Part shown: positions 46,683-55,384 of the stretch, piece by piece | How positions within the stretch are numbered: position 1 is the stretch's first letter | Layout of the letters: each line of letters begins with the position of its first letter | DNA from: an uncultured Candidatus Sumerlaeota bacterium | GTDB lineage: Bacteria; Sumerlaeota; Sumerlaeia; SLMS01 | DNA length: 64,000 nucleotides | Reading direction: 5' to 3' | Assembly (NCBI GenBank): GCA_964437365.1 | Contig: CAYTGM010000009.1 | Coordinates: forward strand, 80,444-144,443 | Translations under genes and position numbers: made by a program | Notes under the pieces: generated by a model | Seen by the model: the letters and a program-made list of their open reading frames with translations, nothing else | Database searches by the model: none | What the model was told of the DNA's origin: nothing

Positions 46683-48544
46683 CAGAGGGGAGGGTTAATA
46701 CTCTTCACCATACTTCGAGACATCACCATAGGAGCCATTCCTTCAGGCCGGATCGTTATAGACTTGGGTGTAATCTCGAGCACAACAGCTTCTACTTGCT
46801 GGCCAGATGTAAGAACGATCGTGCGTGGAATTTCTGTAGGCTTGTACTTAGGTTCTGGCGTGGCAGTAGGTATTGGTGTTGGTGTCGAGAACTTCAGGGC
46901 TCCATCAGCCAGTGGTGCTGAAGGAGTTGGTGAGGCAGAGTAGGGAAAGATTTGTGGAGGTGGTGAATTCATTTTCTCGAAAATGCGCCATTCCGGTGTG
47001 CCGGTGAGTGGTCTTCCTGGGACGGGGCGTCCTGTTGGTGTCTCGAAAACCAGAGTAGGCAATGACTGATAAAATCCTCGTGAAGAGCTTCGCAGAGGAT
47101 CTGCATAGTGAAAGAGAATAGTTCCTACTCCTCTCGACCTAGCGGCCCGGTATTGATTGGTCAGCCCGCTCGCGAAATTTAAATTTCCTGCGATGGACAG
47201 GATTGCACCAGTATTGTATGTATTATTGTTGATGAAGTCGACCCAGAGACCAAAGTTTCTTGATGATGCTGAAACGCGTTCGTGAACCTCAAAAACGATC
47301 TCGTCGACAACACCTTCTTTGCACCACGTGATCCAGTCTTGCATATACAGTCGGTAAGTAGGTGAATTTTGCCAGTCTGACCAGTTAGAGACAGGGGGTC
47401 CTTCAGTTTCAATGAGCACGGAAATGGGAACGCGAGGGCGTGAACTCTGGACGATAGATTTTGCGGATCTTAAAATGTCTGTAACACGGTTACGTCGCCA
47501 TGCACCCCAGACAGGATCGCTGGGAGGTGGGAAACCTTCTCCACCTACTTGTGAGCGAAATGCTGAAACGGCAGCGTCGCTGTATCCCCAGTTCTGACCA
47601 GGATATCTGACGCCCGTGAAGAGGTAAGCATCAGGGGCGATTTCTGCCTCAATTTCAAGAATCACCTTTCTTAAGTAATCAACGATCTCAGCGTTTCCCG
47701 GGTCCATATATATCTGATTGTCAGAAGCAACTATATCACCATCAACATTCTTATTCACATAATCTGGGTTCTTATAGAGGACGTTGTTTGGCGGAGGGGT
47801 ATTTCCAACTGTTGCATTGTACGCAGGTAAGAGGCTGACAACAGCGACGATTTCCGTGAAGGAGGAGGTACGCCCCTTCAATTCTCGGATCGGGTTGGGG
47901 AAACCTGGAGTAACGTAGGGAAGCGACTGTTCATATTCTGACTGATAGGATGTACCTCGCACCGTTCGAGTCTCAACGTAGACCCGATTGAAAGTTGCTG
48001 CCTGTATATCCTGACTGAGTTGGACGATCTGGCCAACCGACTGCATTCCTTCATAGCCTGAATGGACGTATACACCTCGTACTTGAGCTGCTGGAGTCAC
48101 ATTCTTTGTGACAGTAGATGAACCTTGCCGGGAATCAGAAGCTGACCCTTCAAAGTTAAAAGGGTTCTCTGAAGTTGTTTCCGTTGATTCTCCGTCGGAG
48201 AATGGACTGTTGGGATTCTGTTCTCCCTGAAAGGGGTTGGTTGGGTTGGTTGATTCATCGGCAAATGGGTTTGTCGTCTCAGTACTCTCTGACGTTGTTT
48301 CACCAAAAGGGTTTTCGACGGTCCCCGAATCCGGCTCTGTTCCGAAGGGGTTATCAATATCCCCTTCTTCATCAGTTTGAAAAGGTGACTCAACGCTTTC
48401 AGTGTTGTCACCGTCGGTACCTGCATCTTCGAAGGGGTTATCTTGAGTCATTCCTGGAGCAGGTAGGAGTGACAATAAGAGTCCGAGGAGTATAATCATC
48501 AGCGCACAGGACGCCGGGAAATGTTTTCCGATTTGGTTCATCAT
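46682..48544 (-). CDS. Secreted protein with an N-terminal acidic NPF-repeat linker and a GHL10-type (glycoside-hydrolase-family-10-like, PF02638-like) TIM-barrel domain
   Basis: Signal peptide. About 10 NPF/SPF tripeptides within a D/E/T-rich 110-aa segment. A later segment (IYMDPGNAEIVDYLRKVILEIEAEIAPDAYLF...RYPG) resembles GHL10. Confidence 0.5.
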   Translation of the reverse strand: MMNQIGKHFPASCALMIILLGLLLSLLPAPGMTQDNPFEDAGTDGDNTESVESPFQTDEEGDIDNPFGTEPDSGTVENPFGETTSESTETTNPFADESTNPTNPFQGEQNPNSPFSDGESTETTSENPFNFEGSASDSRQGSSTVTKNVTPAAQVRGVYVHSGYEGMQSVGQIVQLSQDIQAATFNRVYVETRTVRGTSYQSEYEQSLPYVTPGFPNPIRELKGRTSSFTEIVAVVSLLPAYNATVGNTPPPNNVLYKNPDYVNKNVDGDIVASDNQIYMDPGNAEIVDYLRKVILEIEAEIAPDAYLFTGVRYPGQNWGYSDAAVSAFRSQVGGEGFPPPSDPVWGAWRRNRVTDILRSAKSIVQSSRPRVPISVLIETEGPPVSNWSDWQNSPTYRLYMQDWITWCKEGVVDEIVFEVHERVSASSRNFGLWVDFINNNTYNTGAILSIAGNLNFASGLTNQYRAARSRGVGTILFHYADPLRSSSRGFYQSLPTLVFETPTGRPVPGRPLTGTPEWRIFEKMNSPPPQIFPYSASPTPSAPLADGALKFSTPTPIPTATPEPKYKPTEIPRTIVLTSGQQVEAVVLEITPKSITIRPEGMAPMVMSRSMVKSINPPL

Positions 48545-48688
48545 AAGTTACAGGGCGCAGAGTCATTCTGAGATTGAGATAAAAGCCTGTTTTCTAAGGC
48601 CGGCAGCATCTTTGGGGCAGATTCCTCTGCCTGCAAGACGAAAGGCTGAAACCAGAGTGAGAGAGTCATTGCTTCGTTGAGCCCACTG

Positions 48689-49111
48689 TCAATTGTGATC
48701 TCGTGAACGATTGTTCCATAGACCAATCAGGAGCACGGAAAGTGCACCCGCCATATCTGCAAGAATGTCCTTCCAATCACTGGACCTGCCGGGAACAAAT
48801 GCCTGGTTAAACTCATCGATCAATGCGACAAGGAATGGAAGACCCAGAACGAGCCCCGCTTTCTTTCCTCGTAAACTTTCGTGGTCGCTCGAGGGATGAT
48901 AAACAGCTCTAAATACACATGTGGCAAGGGAGGCATATGCCGTGAAATGAACAAGCTTGTCCAATCCAGGAAAGGTGACTTTCGGGAGGTCAGAGCCGGG
49001 CTGTGATCCCAGATAGAGAATCGTTCCGGTGCAAACAAGTGCGGAGATCCACCATAGCGAGGGTGGGAAGTGTTTCACGCACCAGTCGATCAATTTAAAA
49101 GGAGCTTTCAA
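48689..49111 (-). CDS. VanZ-like family membrane protein
   Basis: Four TM segments with DKLVHFTAYASL and the DEFNQAFVPGRSSDWKDILADMAGA signature. Confidence 0.6.
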   Translation of the reverse strand: MKAPFKLIDWCVKHFPPSLWWISALVCTGTILYLGSQPGSDLPKVTFPGLDKLVHFTAYASLATCVFRAVYHPSSDHESLRGKKAGLVLGLPFLVALIDEFNQAFVPGRSSDWKDILADMAGALSVLLIGLWNNRSRDHN

Positions 49112-49593
49112 GGAGAGACAAAACGTTCCTGAATGGAGCGAACGATGTTGGTTGTTGATCGCCCCTCAAGTAAAGGCAGAGAGAGAACTTTTCCTCCGTA
49201 ACTCTGAACGAATTCGTGGCCAACAATCTCATGGACTTCATAATGGCCACCCTTCACGAGCACCTCGGGTCTGACGACTTCGATTATTTCTTTTGGAGTG
49301 TCCTCGTCAAAGGAGCAGACGGCCCCGACCATTTCCAGTGCTGCAATGACGGCCATCCGCTGATCGAGTGGAAGAATCGGCCTGCCTTTTCCTTTCAACC
49401 GTTGAACACTCTCGTCAGAGTTGACTGCAACAACCAGCAGATCCCCTTCGGCCTTAGCGCGTTTGAGTGAGTCAAGATGACCGGCATGGATCAGATCAAA
49501 AACGCCATTAGTGAAGACGAGTCTCAATCCGAGGCCTCGCTGTTCTTCACAGAAGGCTCTAAGTTCATCGCGATCCTCAATCACTCGACTCAT
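49108..49593 (-). CDS. D-glycero-beta-D-manno-heptose-1-phosphate adenylyltransferase-like cytidylyltransferase (RfaE domain II/HldC-like)
   Basis: LVFTNGVFDLIHAGHLDSL (HxGH nucleotidyltransferase motif) and LVVAVNSDESVQRLKGKGRPILPLDQRMAV. About 160 aa. Confidence 0.7.
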   Translation of the reverse strand: MSRVIEDRDELRAFCEEQRGLGLRLVFTNGVFDLIHAGHLDSLKRAKAEGDLLVVAVNSDESVQRLKGKGRPILPLDQRMAVIAALEMVGAVCSFDEDTPKEIIEVVRPEVLVKGGHYEVHEIVGHEFVQSYGGKVLSLPLLEGRSTTNIVRSIQERFVSP

Positions 49594-50231
49594 GAAATTT
49601 TTTCTTCCGGTGACTGGTTGTCAGTTTTTTCTTGAGAGGACTTCTTCCTTTTCTTTCCTGATGACGAGCCACCTCCGCCGCCTATCCCCACGATCTTAAT
49701 GGATATCTTGGCTCCACGCGAATGACCGAGCTCGGAGAGCAGAAGGTCGAGAACAACTGTTTTTACCTTCTTCTGCAGAGCAGGAAGAGGAACATTCCTG
49801 CCAACGATGACTTTCGCAGAAATAATGGGGCCACCGGTTCCTTGTATCACACTACAGTTGGTTACTTTTCTGATCTCCTTGATTCCCACAGAAACCTTTT
49901 TGGCGATTTCCTTTTCAAGGAGTGCGGGCTCGAGGTAGAATTCTTTTCCGTCCTCATCGCGTCCGATAATTCCTCTTTCCAACCGGGTTACGACCATTGA
50001 GAGGGTATAGTACATGATAGGAAGGAGGATGGAGAAACCCGCGAGAATGTACTGCAGGTAAGGAGTCATTCCATCAAGTGGTACCCATTGCGGAAGGAAA
50101 GCGGCATATTCATTATAGACGCCGGTATGGTGCAGACGGTCCACGCCAAGAAAGAAGAGGGTGAGCAAGGCGATCAGCAGGACAAGCTGGCGACAGAAGC
50201 GAGCGAGTGAAAGACGCGCAATTCGATTCAA
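49590..50231 (-). CDS. Membrane protein, possible Asp23 membrane-anchor (AmaP-like)
   Basis: N-terminal TM helices and a Gly/Lys-rich C-terminus. Lies immediately downstream of the Asp23-family gene on the same strand. Confidence 0.35.
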   Translation of the reverse strand: MNRIARLSLARFCRQLVLLIALLTLFFLGVDRLHHTGVYNEYAAFLPQWVPLDGMTPYLQYILAGFSILLPIMYYTLSMVVTRLERGIIGRDEDGKEFYLEPALLEKEIAKKVSVGIKEIRKVTNCSVIQGTGGPIISAKVIVGRNVPLPALQKKVKTVVLDLLLSELGHSRGAKISIKIVGIGGGGGSSSGKKRKKSSQEKTDNQSPEEKIS

Positions 50232-50274
50232 AATAGATGGTGCCCCTTACTTAGTTGGAATCAGGCTGAAATTC

Positions 50275-50727
50275 TTAATTCTCTTCTTCTTCGTCCTGCT
50301 TTTCTTTCTGAACAAAAATATCGACAATTTTAACATCAACATTGGCGAGCTCGAGACCGGCCATTCTTTCAACTGTTTCTCTAACATGACGCTGAAGTTG
50401 TTCGGCGGTCTCCCTCATCGGAGTTCCATATGCCATATTCACTTCACAAGTAATTGTATATCGGCCTTCCTCGGTTCGATCAACGCGGATTCCTCTGGCG
50501 GACTCGCTTCCACCGAAGATTTTGCCGGCAAGAGAGAACTTGGAAATAAGACTGATCCCTTCGACCTCCTGTGCCGCCATGGCAGCAATTCGGGCTATTA
50601 CATCGGGATTGATCAGGATGCTTCCAATTCCTTCTGAATTGGAGGAGTAAAGTTCCAGCGTGGGTTGTTGTTCCTGGTCCTGGAGTGCTTCTTCGCTTTT
50701 CTGTTCTGCCATTGGATGATCCTCCAA
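50275..50727 (-). CDS. Asp23/Gls24 (alkaline-shock protein, DUF322) family protein
   Basis: VIARIAAMAAQEVEGI...GIRV...ITCEVNMAYG...AGLELANVDVKIVDI matches the Asp23 family pattern. Confidence 0.6.
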   Translation of the reverse strand: MEDHPMAEQKSEEALQDQEQQPTLELYSSNSEGIGSILINPDVIARIAAMAAQEVEGISLISKFSLAGKIFGGSESARGIRVDRTEEGRYTITCEVNMAYGTPMRETAEQLQRHVRETVERMAGLELANVDVKIVDIFVQKEKQDEEEEN

Positions 50728-50775
50728 CTACTTGATATGATTAATACTAGGTTAACAGGTGGTGCGAATCGAGGA

Positions 50776-52116
50776 CTATTTTTTCCAGACCTCGAGGAAA
50801 TCCGTTCCAAATGTTCCACTTTGAAAGAGCTTGTTGTCCATCACCTCTAAATGGAAAGGGATGGTTGTCTTAACGCCATCTACAACAAAATCTCTCAAAG
50901 CACGTTTCATTCTCTTAATTGCCAGCTCGCGAGTTTTATCATGAACGATCAACTTGGCAATCATTGAATCATAAAAAGGCGGGATGACATAGTCAGAATA
51001 GCAGGCTGAGTCCACTCGCACGCCTATTCCACCTGCAGGAACATAGGCGGAGAGTTTCCCGGGACTGGGCATGAAATTTCTGGCTGGGTCTTCCGCGTTG
51101 ATTCGACATTCAATTGAGTGGCCGTCGATGCTGACCTCAGACTGCTTAATTGAGAGTTTCTCACCAGCAGCAGCCATGATCTGCTCTTTCACAATATCCA
51201 CCCCTGTAACTTCTTCTGTAATTGGATGCTCGACCTGGATACGGGTGTTCATTTCGATGAAGTAATAGTTCAGATCTTTATCCAGAAGAAATTCTATCGT
51301 GCCCGCTCCCACGTAATTTACAGCTTTAGCCGCACGGACCGCTGCTTCACCCATCTTCTTGCGAATTCTTGGAGTCAAAATCGGGCAGGGAGCTTCCTCA
51401 ATCAGCTTTTGATGACGACGCTGAATCGAGCAGTCACGTTCACCCAGATGCACAACATTTCCGTGGCGGTCTCCCAGGATCTGAATCTCAACGTGTTTTG
51501 GCCTCAGGATGCATTTCTCGATATAGACTTCTGGGTTGTTGAAAGCGCTCTGAGCTTCAGCGGTGGCCGTGTCGAAGAGAGTATTAAATTGTTTCTCTTC
51601 GGGGCAGAGTCTCATCCCTTTTCCTCCACCACCGGCAGAGGCTTTGATCATCACCGGAAAACCGATTTCCTTTGCGAGATTCAGCGCTGCTTCGCGGTCG
51701 GGCATCCCACCTTCCGAACCGGGAACGGTTGGGCATTTCGCACTCTTTGCGGTAGATTTAGCGATAGCCTTGTCACCCATTCGTCGAATGGCATCGGGTG
51801 ATGGTCCGATAAATGTGAGGTTACAATCCGCACAGATTTCTGCGAATCGAGCATTCTCCGCCAGAAAGCCGTATCCAGGATGAACGGCATCAGCTCCTGT
51901 CACCTCGGCGGCGCTGATGATTCGGGCAATGTTCAGGTAACTTTGCGTACTTGGTGCAGGACCAATACAGATTGCCTCATCAGCAGCATGCACATGAAGG
52001 GAAAAACGATCTGCGACGCTATAGACAGCAACAGTAGGGATGCTCAGTTCACGACAGGCGCGGATAACTCGGAGAGCGATCTCTCCTCTATTTGCCACGA
52101 GCACTTTCTTAAACAT
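50776..52116 (-). CDS. accC: Acetyl-CoA carboxylase biotin carboxylase subunit
   Basis: [22 protein letters not shown]-terminus, ATP-grasp motifs, and [14 protein letters not shown]. Confidence 0.9.
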   Translation of the reverse strand: MFKKVLVANRGEIALRVIRACRELSIPTVAVYSVADRFSLHVHAADEAICIGPAPSTQSYLNIARIISAAEVTGADAVHPGYGFLAENARFAEICADCNLTFIGPSPDAIRRMGDKAIAKSTAKSAKCPTVPGSEGGMPDREAALNLAKEIGFPVMIKASAGGGGKGMRLCPEEKQFNTLFDTATAEAQSAFNNPEVYIEKCILRPKHVEIQILGDRHGNVVHLGERDCSIQRRHQKLIEEAPCPILTPRIRKKMGEAAVRAAKAVNYVGAGTIEFLLDKDLNYYFIEMNTRIQVEHPITEEVTGVDIVKEQIMAAAGEKLSIKQSEVSIDGHSIECRINAEDPARNFMPSPGKLSAYVPAGGIGVRVDSACYSDYVIPPFYDSMIAKLIVHDKTRELAIKRMKRALRDFVVDGVKTTIPFHLEVMDNKLFQSGTFGTDFLEVWKK

Positions 52117-52232
52117 ATATTAGCTTTGACCTCTTCTTGAGTTCATCTGACTTGCTGGACATGTCATTCATCAAAGAGGTCTATATCCTATCTTCAGGGA
52201 TGCAGGAAGTTACTTTCTTAGTACTTAATCAA

Positions 52233-52736
52233 TCAGGAAGGTTCTATGAGGTAGATTGCCTGTCCATATTCAACAGGTTGAGCATTCTCGACCAGAATCT
52301 TCCGAACAACGCCTCTCATTTCAGCTTTGATCTCATTCATCAATTTCATCGCCTCAATGATGCAGAGAACTGAGTCTTCGTCTACCTTATCGCCCACCTC
52401 AACAAAGGGCTTTGAGCCTGGGGAAGGAGAGCGATAAAATGTTCCGACCATAGGCGAGGTTACTTTCTTGAGGTTTGGGTCTTCTTCAGTATCGCCACCT
52501 GGTGTAGAGCTGGTGGCAGCCACTTCCTGTGATGGCAGAGGACCTGGTTGAACGGCAGAATTGGCTGTAGGTTGTGGGACTGAGGAACCCTGGCGACCGG
52601 CAGAAACGATTCTTAATCGTGTGCCACCCTGCTCAAGTTCAAACTCTTCGATACCTTTTTGATGAATGACATCGATGAGCTTTTCAATATCCGTTCGGGT
52701 TAGCCCTTCTTCAGGGTTATCTTTTTCGTTGGCCAT
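52233..52736 (-). CDS. accB: Biotin carboxyl carrier protein (the ATG at 52734-52736 with GGAG RBS is preferred; the ORF is open to 52832)
   Basis: Biotinyl-lysine motif IEAMKLMNEI and a Pro/Ala-rich linker. Directly upstream of accC. Confidence 0.8.
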   Translation of the reverse strand: MANEKDNPEEGLTRTDIEKLIDVIHQKGIEEFELEQGGTRLRIVSAGRQGSSVPQPTANSAVQPGPLPSQEVAATSSTPGGDTEEDPNLKKVTSPMVGTFYRSPSPGSKPFVEVGDKVDEDSVLCIIEAMKLMNEIKAEMRGVVRKILVENAQPVEYGQAIYLIEPS

Positions 52737-52975
52737 GAGATCTCCGGACCTCGTCGGGGGATGATGTAAACCATGCGCAGTGTGCATGGAGGACTGTGCA
52801 TCGTCAATCCTTTGAGTTCGTATGCACGTCAACGCAATGAACTTTAAGTCCTTGAGAGGTCAGAGCTTTGGGGCAAGGCTTTTTGCCCATGTCGGTGTTT
52901 CGGAACTCCCTCATAAACGGTGAAAAACATTGAAAAACCTCTTCTTAGACACTTCAAACACTTGACCGCTCACCC

Positions 52976-54784
52976 ATGAAGGTTCTAGCTGAATGTGAAA
53001 TCATTGAGGAAAGCATCCTAGCTATGAGACTCAGTTCCAAGACAGCATTCGCGTGTCTCGAATCTGCATGTGGGTCGAAGTATAAGAACCGCATCGGATT
53101 TAACGCATTGAAGAGCGTCGGTCTGCTATCGGCAGCACTCGTGACATTTGGAAAGGCAAGCGCCGCAGAACTTGCCGTTGAAGATAAAACACCATCTAAC
53201 CCGGACTTCATCATGAGCATCCCTGATTGTGAGGCCGCCTGGAATTCCTTCTCTTCATCGACACTGGGGAGGCTGATCGCTGACTCCCTCGGTGGATTTC
53301 AGCTGATGGATAGTCAGGACCTGGAACGTGTTGAGAAAGAACTGGGGTTTACTTTCACGGTTGAAAACCTCTTTCAGGAAACGATCCGGGGTTTTGATAT
53401 GTATCTAACCAGTGTAAACGATGCCTCTTCCTTTGTCATTAATATCGACTTTAAAGAAGAAGGGGTTCCCGATCGAGTTCTGGACCTTATCAGGACGGAA
53501 GTCGCATCAGCCCGTGGTAACATGGCAGGCGTCAGCGCAGATACGATCGGTTTCGGTCAGGAAGGTGACCGTCGCCTGCTGTCTCTCCCCGCCTTTGAAG
53601 TCTATCTCGCCGCCGAAGGTTCCGAGCTGACATGGTCGAATTATCGAGTCACTCTGGACAGTGCTCTAGACAACGAAGGGGAAGCAACTTTCAACTCAGA
53701 TTACTTTCAGCGTTCCATGGGCGCCCTGGATGCGGAAAAGACAGACCTCTGGTTCTTTGGTGAAGCTTCCCAGCTTAACTATGTCGTTTATGACATGCTC
53801 TCTGCATCAACAGAAGCACCGATTCCCTATGAGATCAACCTCTTCTCCGATACTTCCATGGCAACCACGATTGGCTTTGATGAATCATCATGGAAGATGA
53901 CGCGATTTATTCATCAAAATGATATGGATATGGCCTCAAGAAGATATGCCATGACTGCTCCTCCAGCTGGAGAAATCAATATTTACGACTACTTTCCTGC
54001 TGATTCTATCGTGTCCTATGGGACAAACCACTTTGACGGCCTGGCTCTTCTGGAATTCGTTCTGTCATCGCTGAATGAACAACCGAATCTCCCCGTGAGT
54101 ACGGAAACGATCGAGAATGCCATCAAATCGAGCAGATCCACACTGGGCTTTGATTTGAAGTCTGATATTCTTGCTAACCTGGGACCTGATCTCGGGTTTT
54201 CCATTTCCATGGTTCAAGGTCTCAAAGGGACAGAACCAAGGAATGCCTTCCTCTTTGCATCGGGACTTAAGAATCCAGATCGGTTCAACAGTGCGATGGA
54301 AATTATTCTCGGCTCAGCTGAAGCAATGGCAGAAACGCGCAACCTGGACACTGAGCCGTATGTGAAGGAAACCTATAATGGCGAAACCATCTATTTTCTT
54401 GAGTCAGAGAATCTCTACAACACTTCCACCAACCATGCATTTTCCATGACTTCTGACGGTTTTTTGCTGATATCAAACAGCGTTAAGAGTATTAAGAACT
54501 CACTTGATACGATTCAGGGCACAATGGATGGCGTCATGAGCCAGCCGGATGTCAGAACTGCCAGAAATATTGGCGAACCTAATATTAACTCGTTCTTTGC
54601 CGTGCGAAAGTCTGAAGGCTTCATGGATGCGATGAACGAATTTAATCAACAGCTGGGAAGATCTCTGTCCCCAGATGAGGAGCTGGTGAAGAAATTTTTC
54701 GAGGCTATTAATTCCGTCTCCTCTTCCTCCGTTTATTTTAACAATGGTAAGAAAACAGAATTGATTATCTCCCTGCCGAATTAA
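52976..54784 (+). CDS. Hypothetical secreted protein (start uncertain: a TTG at 53108 gives a clean signal peptide MKSVGLLSAALVTFGKASA)
   Basis: Long ORF with uniform coding bias. Hydrophobic signal-like segment. No catalytic motifs recognised. Confidence 0.45.
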   Translation: MKVLAECEIIEESILAMRLSSKTAFACLESACGSKYKNRIGFNALKSVGLLSAALVTFGKASAAELAVEDKTPSNPDFIMSIPDCEAAWNSFSSSTLGRLIADSLGGFQLMDSQDLERVEKELGFTFTVENLFQETIRGFDMYLTSVNDASSFVINIDFKEEGVPDRVLDLIRTEVASARGNMAGVSADTIGFGQEGDRRLLSLPAFEVYLAAEGSELTWSNYRVTLDSALDNEGEATFNSDYFQRSMGALDAEKTDLWFFGEASQLNYVVYDMLSASTEAPIPYEINLFSDTSMATTIGFDESSWKMTRFIHQNDMDMASRRYAMTAPPAGEINIYDYFPADSIVSYGTNHFDGLALLEFVLSSLNEQPNLPVSTETIENAIKSSRSTLGFDLKSDILANLGPDLGFSISMVQGLKGTEPRNAFLFASGLKNPDRFNSAMEIILGSAEAMAETRNLDTEPYVKETYNGETIYFLESENLYNTSTNHAFSMTSDGFLLISNSVKSIKNSLDTIQGTMDGVMSQPDVRTARNIGEPNINSFFAVRKSEGFMDAMNEFNQQLGRSLSPDEELVKKFFEAINSVSSSSVYFNNGKKTELIISLPN

Positions 54785-54921
54785 ATTTCAGAAAGGCTCT
54801 TTTTGAGGACGTAATTTGCTTGTAACTGTTCGTGGACACATATCTATTTTGTCTTTCAACAATTTAGCTCGACGGAGGAAGATTTATCCTCCGCAATCTA
54901 TCAAAAGGATTAGGTGAAACC

Positions 54922-55326
54922 ATGAAGAAAGCACTTCTTGCGCTCACATGCAGCCTGGGAATCGCACTGACCACAGGATGTACCTTTACAGGTTCAACAG
55001 ACCTTTCAAGAGTTGCCAACCACGCAGGTCTTACAAACGTAACAACTGGCGATGGTACATTTGAAGATTACACAGCAACGGGACATTATTCAGCGACAGA
55101 ATTTGGTATCGGTGTAGGTATCCCCATCATCTTTAAACTGCTCGAGATTTACCCTTCACTTTCTGATGAGGACCTCATGACCAGAACTGCTGAAGACGCT
55201 GCAGACGATGGCGCGAATGCTATGATCAATGCCAAGCCACCGAAGGGGTTATATACTGGAATTCCTTTCTTCTTCGTTGGACTCTATATCGATACAACTT
55301 CCGCGACTGGTATTGCCGTCGATTAA
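54922..55326 (+). CDS. Hypothetical lipoprotein
   Basis: Lipobox LTTGC after MKKALLALTCSLGIA. Length 134 aa. Confidence 0.55.
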   Translation: MKKALLALTCSLGIALTTGCTFTGSTDLSRVANHAGLTNVTTGDGTFEDYTATGHYSATEFGIGVGIPIIFKLLEIYPSLSDEDLMTRTAEDAADDGANAMINAKPPKGLYTGIPFFFVGLYIDTTSATGIAVD

Positions 55327-55352
55327 GTTCTATCAAATTGTGGCTTTTATGG

Positions 55353-55382
55353 AACCTCCCGGATCACTCTGGGAGGTTTTTC
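55353..55382 (+). terminator. Rho-independent terminator in a convergent gene gap
   Basis: AACCTCCC-(10 nt)-GGGAGGTT followed by TTTTCG. Confidence 0.6.
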
Positions 55383-55384
55383 GA

